Shown: positions 12,485 to 26,038 of the stretch, piece by piece
Position numbering within the stretch: the first letter of the stretch is position 1
Layout: each line of letters begins with the position of its first letter
Origin: Eledone cirrhosa
Taxonomy: Eukaryota
DNA: 64,000 nt
Reading direction: 5' to 3'
Assembly: GCA_964016885.1 (NCBI GenBank)
Contig: OZ024754.1
Span: 24,056,001-24,120,000 of the forward strand
Made by a program: the position numbers and the translations under genes
The notes under the pieces: model-generated
The model's input: the letters and a program-made list of their open reading frames with translations, nothing else
The model's database searches: none
What the model was told of the DNA's origin: nothing

Positions 12485-13497
12485 CCAGCAGAATGGCCCG
12501 GTGTTGCTCGGGATTCTAAACATGGATTGGCATGTTTATCCCTCCTTTCTGAAACAGTTTCGTTGTATGTTCACCAATTGATGCAGAAGTTCTAATAAAA
12601 AGTGAAGTCATCTTGGGTGAAGAGGCAAATAATTTTCCATTAAGATTTTTCAAAAGCATGTAATTGCGTTCCCTCTTTTTTGTTGTTTTGTTTTTGCTGC
12701 TGTCGAGCCTCGTGACATAAATATGTTTGTTTAATGGCCTGGCGTTGCTCGGGATTCTAAACATAGATTGGCATCTTTATCCCTCCTTTCTGAAACAGTA
12801 CAGAGAAGTACAGAATACCTTGGTCTTACGACCATCGAATAGCAGATTCCACTGACGATTCGTTTGCCTGCCTTGTTCTTTTTCTTGCCGCTTTCGCAGT
12901 ATTTTGGCTAATGGAGTATCTCTTCCTTCGAGGCAGGACGAAGTACACTAAGACTAACTGGTAGAGTAAGGAGTAAATTCGTCAGTGATGCATTTGATTT
13001 CCGAACCATTGACTATGTAATTGTTGGCCTTGTGCCAAAAGTAGTGGGACTTTTTGGGTGGCATATTGGCAGTAACAATGACGATAAGACGTCTGTGCTT
13101 TCGTGAAATAAATACGTTTGTTTATATTTTTTTTTTGTGTATGCAAAAATATCTGTATAATTATATATATATATATATTAAAATAACAGATTAAAGTTTA
13201 AGCAAATAATCGCTGCTTTCACCCTTAACGGCATCTTCTGAAACTAAAAAAATTAATCTGTGAACACAAGTAAATATTTCAAAAAACGTTGCAACAGAAG
13301 GAAAACAGGAAGATGATACTTTGGTTCGTGAAGACGTTTTCATAATGTCGTAATGCAGACAGCCAGACATACAGACAGATATTATAAGGGCGCAACGTTA
13401 TATCTATGTATCTATCTAAAAAGAGAAAGGCTAAGAGTTATCAGTTGGGTGGTTCTCGAGTTTTAGTGAGACAGACAGACATTCGCTGTTTTAGATA
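12485..13497 (-). mobile_element. Non-autonomous Helitron-like element with a duplicated 3' hairpin
   Basis: The minus-strand 3' end is cccgagcaacaccgggccattctgCTGG|t (hairpin + CTRR), with a second hairpin copy at ~12736-12755. The putative 5' end is a|TCtaaaacagcgaatgtctgtctgtc near 13495. Confidence 0.6.
13178..13335 (-). mobile_element. Naiad Penelope-like 3' terminus (pLTR) fragment with hammerhead-like motif
   Basis: Close match to 58850-59015, 34633-34699, 60464-60575 (inverted) and 63748-64000. Confidence 0.75.
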
Positions 13498-13684
13498 TAT
13501 ATATATATATACATATATATATGTATATATACAAAAAAAATATAGAGTTATTAACTCGTATTGATACCCCACAATTAACAAGCTCAAAGTATAAATACTG
13601 AGCATTATAATAATAATATATGTAGAAATAAACACAATTTCTACATATATTATTATTATGTATATATATATATATATAATGATC

Positions 13685-15424
13685 AGAAAAAGGAGGCCTG
13701 GAAATGTCATTATGTGGAGAACGAATGGGAGAGAGAAATTACCCTTGGTAGATCCGACAGAGGGACCAGCTATTGAGATTGACGAATATAGGGTCCAAGA
13801 GACGATTAGGGAAATGAAAAATGGTAAGGCTGCCGGACCATCGGCAATAGTTGCTGAGATGCTGAAGGCATCAGGTGACGTAGGCACTAAACTGGTTGCA
13901 CGCATCATCAATCAGGCTATATATGGTGGTGTCATACCCAAAGACTGGTGCAGCAGTATTCTCATAAATTGCAACAAAGGTAAAGGGGATGCTTTGGAGA
14001 GGAGCAATTATAGGGGTATAAAACTGATAGATCAGGTTATGAAAGTGGCAGAAAGGATTTTAGCACAACTAATTAGAGAAAGGGTCAAACTAGATGAGAT
14101 GCAGTTTGGTTTTGTGCCTGGGAAGAGTACAACAGATGCCCTCTTCTTGGTGAGACAATTGCAAGAGAGGTTCTTAGAGAAGAATAAGCCACTATATTTA
14201 GCCTTTGTTGACCTAGAGAAGGCCTTTGATAGGGTACCCCAATCTGTCATCTGGTGGTCCCTAAGGAAGCTAGGTGTTGAGGAATGGCTTGTGAGGACAG
14301 TGCAAACTTTGTACAGAGGTACTCTCAGTAAAGTCAGGGTAGGAATGGAGTTTAGTGAGGAATTCCAGATACAAGTAGGAGTACATCAGGGTTCGGTCCT
14401 CAGCCCGCTCTTGTTCATTATAGTCCTCCAAGCCATAACAGAGGAGTTTAAGACTGGCTGTCCATGGGAACTTCTCTATGCTGACGATCTGGTTCTTATA
14501 GCAGAATCAGTAGAGGAGCTAGAGAATAAATTCTGGCTATGGAAACAGCAGTTGGAAGCAAGAGGACTGAGAGTGAATCTAGCTAAGACAAAACCCTGAT
14601 TCCGCCAGGGAAATGGCCATGTTCGATATGCAGAAAAGGAACTGGCATAAATTCTATAAAATGCACACAATGCAGATCCTGGGTACACAAGAGATGTAGC
14701 GGGATAGCAGGCAAACTAACAGGTAGGGAGAAATATGTATGCAGTAGATGTACAGGGAAATTAGACAGTAGAAGTCGCACTGATAGACACATTTTTCAAA
14801 TGCAAGAGGGCGCTATAGAAGTGGTGGATAGCTTCCGGTACCTAGGAGATCAGATTAGCATGGGAGGAGGGTGTTCCGAGGCCATAGTATCTAGAATAAG
14901 GTCGGGTTGGAAGAAGTTTAGGGAGCTGCTTCCTCTGTTGACGAAGAAGGGTTTCTCCTTGCGTACGGAAGGCCGGTTGTATGATGCCTGTGTGAGGAGC
15001 GCGATGCTGCATGGTAGTGAGACATGGGCAGCAACTGCTGAGGATATGCGACGGCTGGAGAGAAATGAGGCAAGCATGCTCCGTTGGATGTGCGTGAACG
15101 ACCCAGCATAAATGTGTTGAGAGAGAAACTGTGTCTGAGAGGGATAGAATGTAGTGTACGGGAGAGGAGACTGAGGTGGTATGGACATGTGATGCGCATG
15201 GAGGATGACCGATGGGTGAAGAAGTGCCAGGAATTGCCAGTTGAAGGAAGACGTGGTAGAGGTAGACCACGAAAAACATGGGCGGAGGTGGTGAGAACAG
15301 ACCTCAGATCATTGAAGCTCACAGTGGAGATGATGAGTGGAGAGATGCTGTGCTGAATAAGACCCGTCCCACCCTTGCAAGCAGGGAAAAGCGGACGTAA
15401 AATGATGATGATGATGATGATGAT
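13685..15424 (+). mobile_element. 5'-truncated RTE LINE (PHD-containing sister family B), frameshifted
   Basis: RT ORF 13658-14599 (YADD), continued in 14800-15111 and 15084-15356. Tail gcggacgtaaaat(gat)n. Confidence 0.92.
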
Positions 15425-15893
15425 AAATGTATACATTCATAGATATATGTAGAAATATATATATATATATGTATGTATATATATATGTAGAAATATATAC
15501 ATATATATATATAAATGTACGTATATATGTATATCATATGTTGATGCCCTAAGGACAGACACTAGTCTGTTGGAGACAGGACATGGCAGCGATAATGAGA
15601 GACAGAGACTGCTGGAGAGAACTCGTCCATGGATCTTGGGAATTTTACCTGCCCTAGATAGATAGATATATGTATATAAATGTACGTATATATACGTACA
15701 TTTATATATATATATATATACATACATACATATATACATACATATATATATATAGAAATATATACATACATACGTACATTTATATATAGAGAGAGAGAGA
15801 GAGATGCCAACAATGAATTATCTATTAAACTGGCCTGATTCACATTGAGCACCAGACAAATACGTATGTATATGTACAACATGCATGTATATA

Positions 15894-16791
15894 TGAGGTG
15901 TGTCAGAAAAGTTCCAGGACTGATGTCACAAAAGATTTATTTCAAACCCACACTTCACACTAAGAGTTTTCTCCTTCAAAGTAATCCCCCTGGAGTATGT
16001 AACTGTAATTTTAGCTCTCTGCAGCGATCAAACTTTTTTCTTCATAATTTTATATACATGTCCTCTGTTTCAGGTCGTCAAGTAATGAGCACAGAGCAAC
16101 GAACAAACTTGTAGTTTCTGGTACGGTTGGGGAAAACTCTGCTGCAGCAAGTGTATGGAGATGAGATGAGGTCACGCTCACGTGTCTTCGAGTGGTGCAA
16201 GCAATTTAAAGAAGGACGTGAGGACGTGGAAGATGACCCCAGGAGCGGAAGGCCCTCAACAACCAGGACTGAGGTCAACGTTGAGCACGTCAGGCAGATG
16301 GTGGGTAGCGATCATCGGCTCACTGTTCGACTGATGGCAAATGAGCTGGGCATGAATCGGGACAGCGTCTGGAAGATTCTCACTGAAGATTTGGACATGC
16401 GGAAAGTCTGCGCGAAGATGGTGCCAAAACTGCTGAACGATGTCCAGAAGGGTCAACGCATGCAAGTGTGCCAGGACATCCTCGAGCGTCTTGAAACCGA
16501 ACCAGACTTGCTAGAGACAGTCATCACCGGTGATGAGTCATGAATCTTCGAGTACGACCCGGAGCGGACCTATTTTGAAGACATAGATGACATCAAAAAG
16601 GCCATGATGACGGAACTGCGAAGGATCCCGGAAGAATCCTTCCAGGAGTGCATGCAAGCGTGGCAGAAAAGGATGGAAAAGTGAATTAGACTCCAGGGGG
16701 ATTACTTTGAAGGAGAAAACTCTTAGTGTGAAGTTTGGGTTTGAAATAAATCTTTTGTGACATCATCCTGGAACTTTTCTGACACACCTCG
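15894..16791 (+). mobile_element. Mariner (Tc1/mariner) element, internally deleted, with ~100-bp TIRs and TA flanks
   Basis: ta|tgaggtgtgtcagaaaagttccagga... and ...tcctggaacttttctgacacacctcg|ta. HTH region (VFEWCKQFKEGREDVEDDPRSGRP), WVPKLL-like MVPKLL, VITGDES, and C-terminal GDYFEG. Stops are present and the catalytic core is deleted. Confidence 0.92.
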
Positions 16792-16811
16792 TATATATAT
16801 ATATATATAAA

Positions 16812-18507
16812 AACTATGCTATAAACTTTTCTGGGAGGGAAATGACAATGGGCTGAGTGGAGTAGGAATCATGTTAGCAGAAAAATGGGTAGATAAGGAA
16901 ATTGCCGTAAATAGAGTGAATGACAGAATAATTAAAATAAGACTAGTCTTAAACAGAACTACTGTGACAATAATATCTGCTTATGCACCCCAATCTGGAC
17001 TACCTGGCGTTATAAAAGACAGATTCTATGAGTCGCTAATGCTCACTACCTTCCAAATAACCGACAGTGACTACATAATTATTGCTGGCGACCTAAATGG
17101 TCATGTTGGACAACATTGTGACGGCTATGACGGAATCCATGGAGGCTATGGGTTTGGTACTAGAAATGAGGAAGGCTTCAAAATTTTGGAATTCTGTGAT
17201 GCTTATAACTTAACTCTCTGTAACACAAACCTCAAAAAACAAGACAATCACTTGATCACCTATAGATCAGGGGAACACACCAGTCAGATAGATTATATCC
17301 TTACCAGAAGACGTGATAGAGTGTCTGTCATAAACACTAAATCCCTCCCCCGTGAAGAATGCATCTCCCAACATAGCCTCATAGTTAGTGACCTCATAGT
17401 CAGGACTAGACGTACTCGACAACAGAGGAAGACTACCCCCAGGAGAAGAATATGGAAGGTAAAGGACCCCATAGCCAGTAACAAATTTAAAAGCATATTA
17501 CTTGATGCTTTTGACAGTAAGGAAGAGCAATTAGAGACGTACAATATAGAGGAATTCCTGAAAGTTAACCTGCTGAAGGCAACAGAGGAAATCTGTGGCT
17601 GGAGCAGACCTATGGGCAGAAGGAAAGTAACTTGGTGGTGGAATAGTAAGGTGGAGGAGTCAATGAAGGCCAAAAAGCAAGCTTGGAAAGTATGGGGGAA
17701 ATAGAGAACACTATCAAGTGGCTAGGAGACAAGTGTACTTTGCAAAAAGGTGAGCAGAGGAAAGAAAGTTCAAGCATGTTCTACAATGCGAGGACCAAAA
17801 ACGTGAGGTGTTCAGGATTGCAAGACAATGTGTCCAGGAAAACCGTGATGTTGTCGGGGAGAAGTGTGTCCGTAACGATGATGGTGTACTTGCCATCACT
17901 GATGCTGATAAGAAGGTAGCTTGGAAGTGTCACTACGAGAGACTATTAAATGAGGAGAATAAATGGGATAAAGATAGTCTGTGCCAAATCGATCCAATAG
18001 AGGGACCAGCAGTGCAAGTTGAAAGTAGTATAATAAGTAAGGCAATCAAAGATATGAAGACAGGCAAGGCAGGTGAGCCTTCGGAGATAGTTGCTGGAAT
18101 GGTGGGAGACACTATGGTCACCCGGATAGTAAACCAAGTAATACAGAATGGGTCATACCAAATGACTGGCGTAGCAGCATTATCATTAACTGCTACAAGG
18201 GTAAAGGAGATGCCCTAGATAGGGGAAACTATAGAGGCATTAAATTGATTGACCAGGTCATGAAGGTCACATAAAGAGTTATAGTGCAACTAATCAGAGA
18301 GCGAATTGATCTAGATGAAATGCAGTTTGGGTTTGTGTCAGGTAAAAGTATCACGGACACTCTTTTCCTTGTACGACAACTACAGGAGAAGTACCTAGCT
18401 AAAAACCCCTATACTTAGCTTTTGTTGACTTGGAGAAAGCCTTTGACAGAGTCCCCCGCTCCATTATCTGGTGGGCTCTTAAAAAACTAGGTGTTGATGC
18501 ATGGCTG
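16812..18507 (+). mobile_element. RTE family A fragment (APE endonuclease to RT N-terminus), degenerate
   Basis: ORF 16871-17704 has SAYAPQ, AGDLNGHVG and SQIDYIL. It continues with frameshifts to AFVDLEKAFDRV and is colinear with 22113-25298. Confidence 0.9.
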
Positions 18508-18639
18508 TGGGTGGGTGTGTGAGTGAGCTTGGGTTCAATTGGGGGGGGGGGGGGGGGGTCTTGAATTTTGTGATGCAAATGCACTAACCATTTGCAACAC
18601 TAACTTCCAGAAGCCTACCAACCACCTAATAACCTAAAA

Positions 18640-20469
18640 ATCAGGCGAGCACATAAGCCAGATTGACTTCCTGCTAGTTAGACAGCAAGACTGACAGATG
18701 CTGTCAAATACTAAGGCATACCCTGGGGAAGAATGTACCCCACAGCAGGTTAATCATTAGTGACATCTCAGTAAGCATGAGAAAGAATGAGACATACAGG
18801 AAGGTGTGGAAAAGAAAGGTCTGGAAGCTAAAAGACCTTTCATTAAAATAAGAGACGATTAGGGAACGAAAAATGGTAAGGCTGCCGGACCATCGGCAAT
18901 AGTTGCTGAGATGCTGAAGGCATCAGGTGAAGTAGGCATTAAAGTGGTTGCACGAATCATCAATCAAGTTATATATGGTGGTGTCATACCCAAAGACTGG
19001 TGCAGCAGTATTCTCATAAATTGCTACAAAGGTAAAGGGGATGCTCTAGAGAGGAGCAATTATAGGGGTATAAAGCTGATGGATCAGGTTATGAAAGTGA
19101 CAGAGAGAATATTAGCACAACTGATTAGAGAAAGGGTCAATTTAGATGAGATGCAGTTTGGAAAAGTACAACAGATGCTCTCTTAGTGAGGCAACTACAA
19201 GAGAAGTTCTTAGAGAAGAATAAGCCACTATACTTAACTTTGGTTGACCTAGAGAAGGCCTTTGATGGATCTGTCATCTGGTAGTCCCTAAGGAAACTAG
19301 GTGTAGAGGAATGGCTTGTGAGGACAGTGCAACCTATGTACAGGGGTGCTGTCAATAAAGTGAGAGAAGGAATGGAGTTTAGTGAAAAATTCCAGATACG
19401 AGTAGGTGTGCATCAGGGTTCGGTCCTCAGCCCGCTCTTGTTCATTATAGTCCTACAAGCCATAACAGAGGAGTTTAAGACTGGATGCCCATGGGAACTT
19501 CTCTATGCTGATGATCTGGTTCTTATAGCAGAATCAGTAGAGGAGCTAGAGAATAAATTCTGGCTATGGAAACAGCAGTTGGAATCAAGAGGACAGAGAG
19601 TAAACATAGCTAAGACAAAAGTGTTGATGAGTAAAAGAGAGGACAATACTTCGATTCCATCAGGGAAATGGCCATGTTCGATAAGTAGGAAAGGAATTGG
19701 CATAAATTCCATAAAATGTATGCAATGCAGATCTTGGGTACACAAGAGATGTAGTGGGATAGCAGGCAAACTAATAGGTAGGGAAAACTATGTATATAGT
19801 AGAAGGGAAAGTTGGCAGTATTAATTGCAGTGATAGACACATTTTTCCAATGCAGGTGGGTTCTATAGAAGTGGTGGATAGCTTCCGGTACCTAGGAGAT
19901 CAGATTAGCATGGGAGGGGGGTGTTCCGAGGCCATAGTATCTAGAATAAGTTTACGGAGCAGCTTCCTTTGTTGACAAAGAAGGGTTTCTCCCTGCATAC
20001 GAAAGGACAGTTATATGATGCCTCTGTGAGATGCGCGATGCTGCATGGTAGTGAGACATGGGCGGCAACTGCAGAGGATATGCGACGGCTGGAGAGAAAT
20101 GAAGCAAGTATGCTCCGTTGGATGTGCAATGTCAATGTACATGGACGAGTTGAGAAAGAAACTGGGTATAAGAGGAATAAGTTGTGGTGTGCAGGAGAGA
20201 AGGATGAGATGGTATGGGCATGTGATGCGCATAGAGGATGACCGCTAGGTAAAGAAGTGCCAAGAAATCCCAGTAGAAGGAAGACGCAGAAGAGTAGACC
20301 ACGTAAAACATGGGCGGAGGTGGTGAGTGCAGACCTCAAATCGCTGAAACTCACCAAGGAGATGACGAAGGACCGTGACAAGTTGAGAGATGCTGTGTTG
20401 AATAGGACCCGTCCAACCTTTGCAAGCAGGGAAAAGCGGATGTAAAATGAGGTTGATGTTGATGATGAT

Positions 20470-20470
<1 letters not shown>
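18640..20470 (+). mobile_element. RTE family B degenerate copy (EN fragment + RT + 3' tail)
   Basis: SQIDFLL-like EN piece at ~18655. ORFs 18911-19186, 19318-19824 and 19969-20241 are homologous to 13658-15356. Degenerate (gat)n tail. Confidence 0.88.
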
Positions 20471-20512
<42 letters not shown>

Positions 20513-20681
20513 ACACTGTAAATGTGGTTGGTGTTAGGAAGGGCATCTAACCATAGAAAACCTGCCAGATAGTCCTATATGAGCGAGACACAGTCACTCG
20601 ACCAATCTTGCCCCAAGTGGGACAACTCCCGTCTAACCCATGCTAGCATAGAAGATAGATGTTAAACGATGATGATGATGA
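20513..20681 (+). mobile_element. RTE family A 3'UTR/tail fragment
   Basis: gtaaatgtggttggtgttaggaagggcatc...ccatgctagca...gttaaac(gat)n, matching 12245-12413. Confidence 0.8.
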
Positions 20682-20942
20682 TATACATATATATAAATAT
20701 ATATATATATATACAAATATAAATTAGCGAGAATTGTATTTCGGCTTAAGAATTAACGAAAAACAACTTCCGAGATGTGTGGCAAGCACTCAATGATTCA
20801 GATGAACCAGAGCTACAACATACGTTAAAGGCCAAACACACTGAGACGATGGTTAAACAATCATTCGCACAGCCAAAAAAACGACCAAGTAATTCGGGTC
20901 AAACAAATAAAAATATATGTGATTGAAAATTTATGTGATTGA

Positions 20943-20979
<37 letters not shown>

Positions 20980-21011
20980 TACACACATATATATACATTC
21001 ATATATATAAA

Positions 21012-21348
21012 TCATCATCATCATTTTACGTCCGCTTTTCCCTGCTTGCAGAGGTGGGACGGGAACTGATTCTGGCTTGATTTCTACAGCTGGATGCCCT
21101 TCCTAAAACCAACCTCATTTACAGTGTGGACTGTGTGGTCTTTTTGCCGTGGCACCTCCACGACGACTTTGCAGTGGAATGATAGGGACCCCAGTCCCTA
21201 TCATCTCATTTCTACAGCTGAGTAAACTGGAGCAATGTGAAATAAAGTGTCTTGCTCAAGGAAACAACACACTACCCGGTCTGAGAATTGAACTCACAAC
21301 CTTTCGATTGCAAGGCCAATGCTCTAACCTCTAAGCCATGTACCTCCA
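21012..21348 (-). mobile_element. tRNA-derived CORE SINE with RTE-derived 3' end
   Basis: On minus: A-box tggcttagaggtt, B-box gagttcaattct, CORE tgtttccttgagcaagacacttta, body ...aggaagggcatccagctgtagaaa, and tail gcggacgtaaaat(gat)n matching the RTE family B tail. Confidence 0.85.
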
Positions 21349-21555
21349 TATGAGTATATATATCCATATATATATATACATATATATACATATACTTATA
21401 TATCCATTCATATATATATACATACATATATATATAGTAATAATAATAAATTTGAAGACTAAAATCCAAATAAATAAATAATTAATAAATAATAAATACA
21501 TATATATAATTAATAAATAATTAATAAATTAATAAATACATATATATATATATAC

Positions 21556-21589
<34 letters not shown>

Positions 21590-21590
<1 letters not shown>

Positions 21591-21600
21591 TCATCATCAT

Positions 21601-21631
<31 letters not shown>

Positions 21632-24600
21632 GTTTAACGTCCATGTTCCACGCTTGCATGGGTTTGGATGGGGGTTTTCCCACTTGAGGCAAGAGTGGTT
21701 GTCTTGCTCGCATAGGACTGTCTGGCGGGTTTTCTACAGCTGGATGCCCTTCCTAACACCAACCACATTTACAGTGTGGGGCTGGGAGGTTTTTACCGTG
21801 TTGCCTACACGGCCACATTACAGCGTGGACTGTCTGGCGTGTTTTCTACAGCTGGATGCCCTTCCTAACACCAACCACATTTACAGTGTGGGACTGGGAG
21901 GTTTTTACCGTGTTGCCTACACGGCCACATTACAGCGTGGACTGTGTGTTTTTTTTCGTGACACCTACACGATCTCATTTGTTTCGGCCTGGATGTTGTG
22001 GCAGCAACATAACTTTGCATTGAAAGGGGCGGTGTGGATGGGGTGGGGGTGGTGGGACCGGGGTGTATTTTGTTAGAGATGCCTACTGACTGTAGTAGGT
22101 TTTACTTTGTATTTAGTTAAGGTGGGTCTTCTCTGTTACTGAGTACCGCCAAAGGTCTCGGTCCAGTGACATTCTCTTGGAGAGGTGTAAGTGTGTGAGG
22201 TCGGAATTTATCAGCTCGTCCCAGGTTTTTCTGGGTCTGCCTACTCCGTGGCTACCATCTATCTTTATTGCCCTGCACTTTGTTATACAGCTGTCGTCTT
22301 TCATGCGCATCACGTGACCATACCAACGTAGCCTTCTCTCGAGTAAACAACAACTGATCCCTCTTATTTCTAATTTTTTCCTTAGTTCGTTTATACTTTG
22401 CCGTTCACGTATATTACTATTACACATCCAGCGGAGCATGCAAGCTTCGTTCCTCTCTAGTCTGCGTATATCCTCTGCACACAATGCCCAGGTCTCACTG
22501 CCATGCAACATTGCTGTTCGTATGCAGGCATCATACAACCTGCCTTTCATTTTTAGGGAGAACCCTTTAGCGGCTAATAGTGGTATAAGCTCTCTGAACT
22601 TTTTCCATCCAGTTCTGACTCTAGCTATTGTACTTTCAGACCACCCTCCCCCACTGCTTATTTTGTCACCCAGGTAATGGAAGCTGTCCACTATTTCTAT
22701 AGAACCCTCTGCGCAATTGAAAGAGCTAGTATTCTGTGGGCACTTGCTGCTACTTATTGCACCAGAGCACTGGCCACATGTAAAATCTGTGTTCTTAGTT
22801 AGCTTACCTGTGATCCCACTACATCTTTTATGCACCCATACTTTGCATTTGGGACATAAAATGGAGTTTCTACCTACGCCTTTCCTACACACTGAGCATG
22901 GCCATTTCCCGGAAGGGACCGGCGCCTTATTTTCTTTCCTACAAACTAGAACTTTAGTCTTAGCCAAGTTAATTTTAAGGCCTTTTGATTCTAGGCTGTG
23001 CTTCCATGTTTGGAATTTCTTCTCTAGCTCGGCCATTGATTCAGCTATGAGCGTTAGATCATCTGCGTATAGGAGTTCCCATGGGCAGCCAGTCTTGAAC
23101 TCCTCTGTTATAGCCTGAAGGGCAATAATAAATAGTAGGGGGCTAAGAACAGAGCCCTGATGGACACCAACTTTTACGCTAAACTCTTCACTATATTCGT
23201 TGTTAATTCTAACCTTGCTCACTGTTTCTTTATACATGGCTTGTATAGCTCTCACAAGCCATTCGTCAACACCTAGTTTTCTAAGAGCCCACCAGATAAT
23301 GGAACGGGGGACTCTGTCGAAGGCTTTCTCCAAGTCGACAAAAGCTAAGTATAGGGGTTTACTTTTAGCTAGGTACTTCTCCTGTAGTTGTCGTACAATG
23401 AAAAGAGCGTCTGTGGTACTTTTGCCTGACACAAACCCGAACTGCATTTCATCTAGATCAATTCTCTCTCTGATTAGTTGCGCTATTACTTTTTCCGTGA
23501 CCTTCATGACCTGGTCGATTAATTTAATGCCTCTATAGTTACTCCTATCTAGGGTGTCTTCTTTACCCTTGTCACAGTTAACGATGATGCTGCTACGCCA
23601 GTCCTTCGGAACAGCCCCATTCTGTATGACTTGGTTTACTATCCGGGTGACCATGGTGTGTCCCACCGTACCGGAGGCTTTCAGCATCTCAGCAACTATT
23701 TCCGAAGGCCCAGCCGCCTTACCCGTCTTCATATCTTTGATTGCCTTACTTATTATACTACCTTCGACTAACACTTCTGGTCCCTCTATTGGGTCGATGT
23801 GGGGGAGTCTGTCTTTCTCCCATTTATTCTCCTCATTTAGTAGCCTTTCGTAGTGACACTTCCAAGCTACCTTCTTATCAGCGTCAGTGATGGAAAGTAC
23901 GCCATCATCGTTAAGTACACACTTCTCCCCGACAATATCACGGTTTTCCTTGACACATTGCCTAGCAATCCTGAACACCTCACGTTTTTGGTCCTCGCGT
24001 TGTAGAACATGCTTGAACTTTCTTTCCTCTGCTTCCCTTCTTGCGAAGTACACTTGTCTCCTCCTAGCTTCCCTCCTGGCCACTTTATAGTCTTCTCTAC
24101 TTCCCCCATCCTGCCATGCTTTCCAAGCCTGCTTTTTGGCCTTGATTGACCCCTCCACCTTACTGTTCCACCACCATGTTACTCTCCTCCTGCCTACAGG
24201 CCTGCTCCAGCCACAGACTTCGTCTGCCGCCATCAGCAGGTTTGCTTTCAGGAATTCCCACTGTTCCTCTACTTTGTACGACTCTAATTGCTCTTCCTTA
24301 CTGTCGAAAGCATCAAGTAATATGCTTTGAAATTTATTTCTGGCTGTGGGATCCTTTAGCTTCCATATTTTTCTCCTGAGGATAGTCCTCTTCTGCTGTC
24401 TAGTACGTCTCGTCCTGACTATGAGGTCGCTAATTATCAGTCTATGTTGGGAGGTGCATTCTTCATGGGGGAGGGATTTAGTGTTTACAACAGACACTCT
24501 GTCACGTCTTCTGGTAAGGATATAATCTACCTGGCTGCTATGTTCTCCTGATCTGTAGGTGATTGTCTCATTTTTTGAAGTTAGTGTTACAGATAGTTAG

Positions 24601-25320
24601 GTTGTTTGCATCACAGAATTCCAGGATTCTGGAGCCTTCCTCGTTTTAGTACCAAACCCATAGCCTCCGTGGATTCCATCATAGCCGTCACAATGTTGTC
24701 CAACGTGACCATTTAGGTCGCCAGCAATAATTATATAGTCACTGTCAGTTATTTGGGAGGTAGTGAGCATCAGTGTCTCATAGAATCTGTCTTTTATAGC
24801 GCCAGGCAGTCCAGATTGGGGCGCGTATGCAGATATTACTGTCACAGTAGTTCTGTTTAGAACAAGTCTTATTTTAATTATTCTGTCATTCACTCTATTT
24901 ACATCTATTATCTTATCCACCCATTTTTCTGCTAACATGATTCCTACCCCACCTATCCCATTGTCATTCCCCACCCAGAAAAGCTTATAGCAACGTTTTT
25001 TACCCACAATGAATCTAGCAGACCCGCCCCTCCACCTGGTCTCTTGGATACAGCAAACATCAACCTCCTTACGTTCAAGCAATTCTACAACCTCGTTAGA
25101 GCGGCCTTTTAAGGTGCCTACGTTCATGGTACCAACTCTGAAGTTTTGGATTGTGTTTGGAGGATGGGGCGTGGGGAGGGGTGAGGGGAATGAGTTTGGG
25201 GTTATGTTGGCCATCCGCGGCCGAAACAAAGAGGAGGGGGCCTTGCCCTTTCGTCCGGCAGCATGAGGTGAATTTGTCGTTATCTTTGGCATTGTCATCG
25301 AGTGTCCAGATTCTTCAGAC
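21590..25320 (-). mobile_element. Near full-length RTE LINE (family A): APE endonuclease + RT with embedded PHD finger
   Basis: ORF 24597-25298 (GTMNVGTL, CCIQETRW, SAYAPQ, AGDLNGHVG) is frameshifted into the 794-aa ORF 22113-24497 (RT, YADD, C4HC3). The 3'UTR has a ~112-bp tandem duplication (~21715-21942) and a (GAT)n tail. Both ends lie in (TA)n. Confidence 0.95.
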
Positions 25321-25355
25321 TCTCCAGAAATATATACATATATATATATATATAC

Positions 25356-25413
<58 letters not shown>

Positions 25414-25444
25414 GGATCAAAAGATGGTTAAAGGAGTTCCATGT

Positions 25445-25513
25445 ATTTTATTATGCGCATTTCAAAAACAAACATCATGATGCAATAATATTTGTGTTTT
25501 CATCAGATAAAAC
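25445..25513 (-). ncRNA. Minimal type-I hammerhead ribozyme (Penelope pLTR-type)
   Basis: Minus: gttttat-CTGATGA-[aaacacaaata...tgtttgttttt]-GAAA-t gcgc a-TA-ataaaat. The stem-III loop is palindromic, and the motif lies between 26-bp perfect inverted repeats (25405-25430/25573-25598). Confidence 0.75.
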
Positions 25514-25682
25514 AGGAGGACATGATATGAAGGCTAAAAAACACTTGTGGATAGTGCAGTTTTAAATCAACATAACCATCTTTTGATCCTATATATTATG
25601 TATACTCCAGTCCTACAAACTGTAGAGTGCTTCTTATCCGATATCTGCATTGCTTTATTGTACTACAATAAAACTCACCTCC

Positions 25683-25713
<31 letters not shown>

Positions 25714-25927
25714 GGGGTAACAAGTTATCGTTATACGTAATCCAGTTAGAGGGTGTGAGTACTCTGCGTCGTGGATAGTTTTAACGTATGCCTTTGTTTA
25801 ACTCAACAAGATGTCTCCATAGTTAGGCAGCGAGTTCGCGGGATTTTCTATGTAGGTTATACTTGGAGTAATAATAGTGAAAGAATGAAGAGTAACATGG
25901 TTGGCTGTACAAGGGGCTTTATTTCAG

Positions 25928-26038
25928 GTATTAACAATTGTTTCATTGATCAGGTGAGTCTAGAAGCCACTAATCACTCGAAGTTGCATCACTCTATCTC
26001 CATTACATTATTTACCTCTGATCAACCCCTCAGAATAC
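25928..26038 (-). ncRNA. Hammerhead-like motif with long loop II and A9G core change
   Basis: Minus: gtatt-CTGAGGG-gttgatcag...ctgatcaat-GAAA-c aatt g-TT-aatac, followed by AATAAA. Confidence 0.55.
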
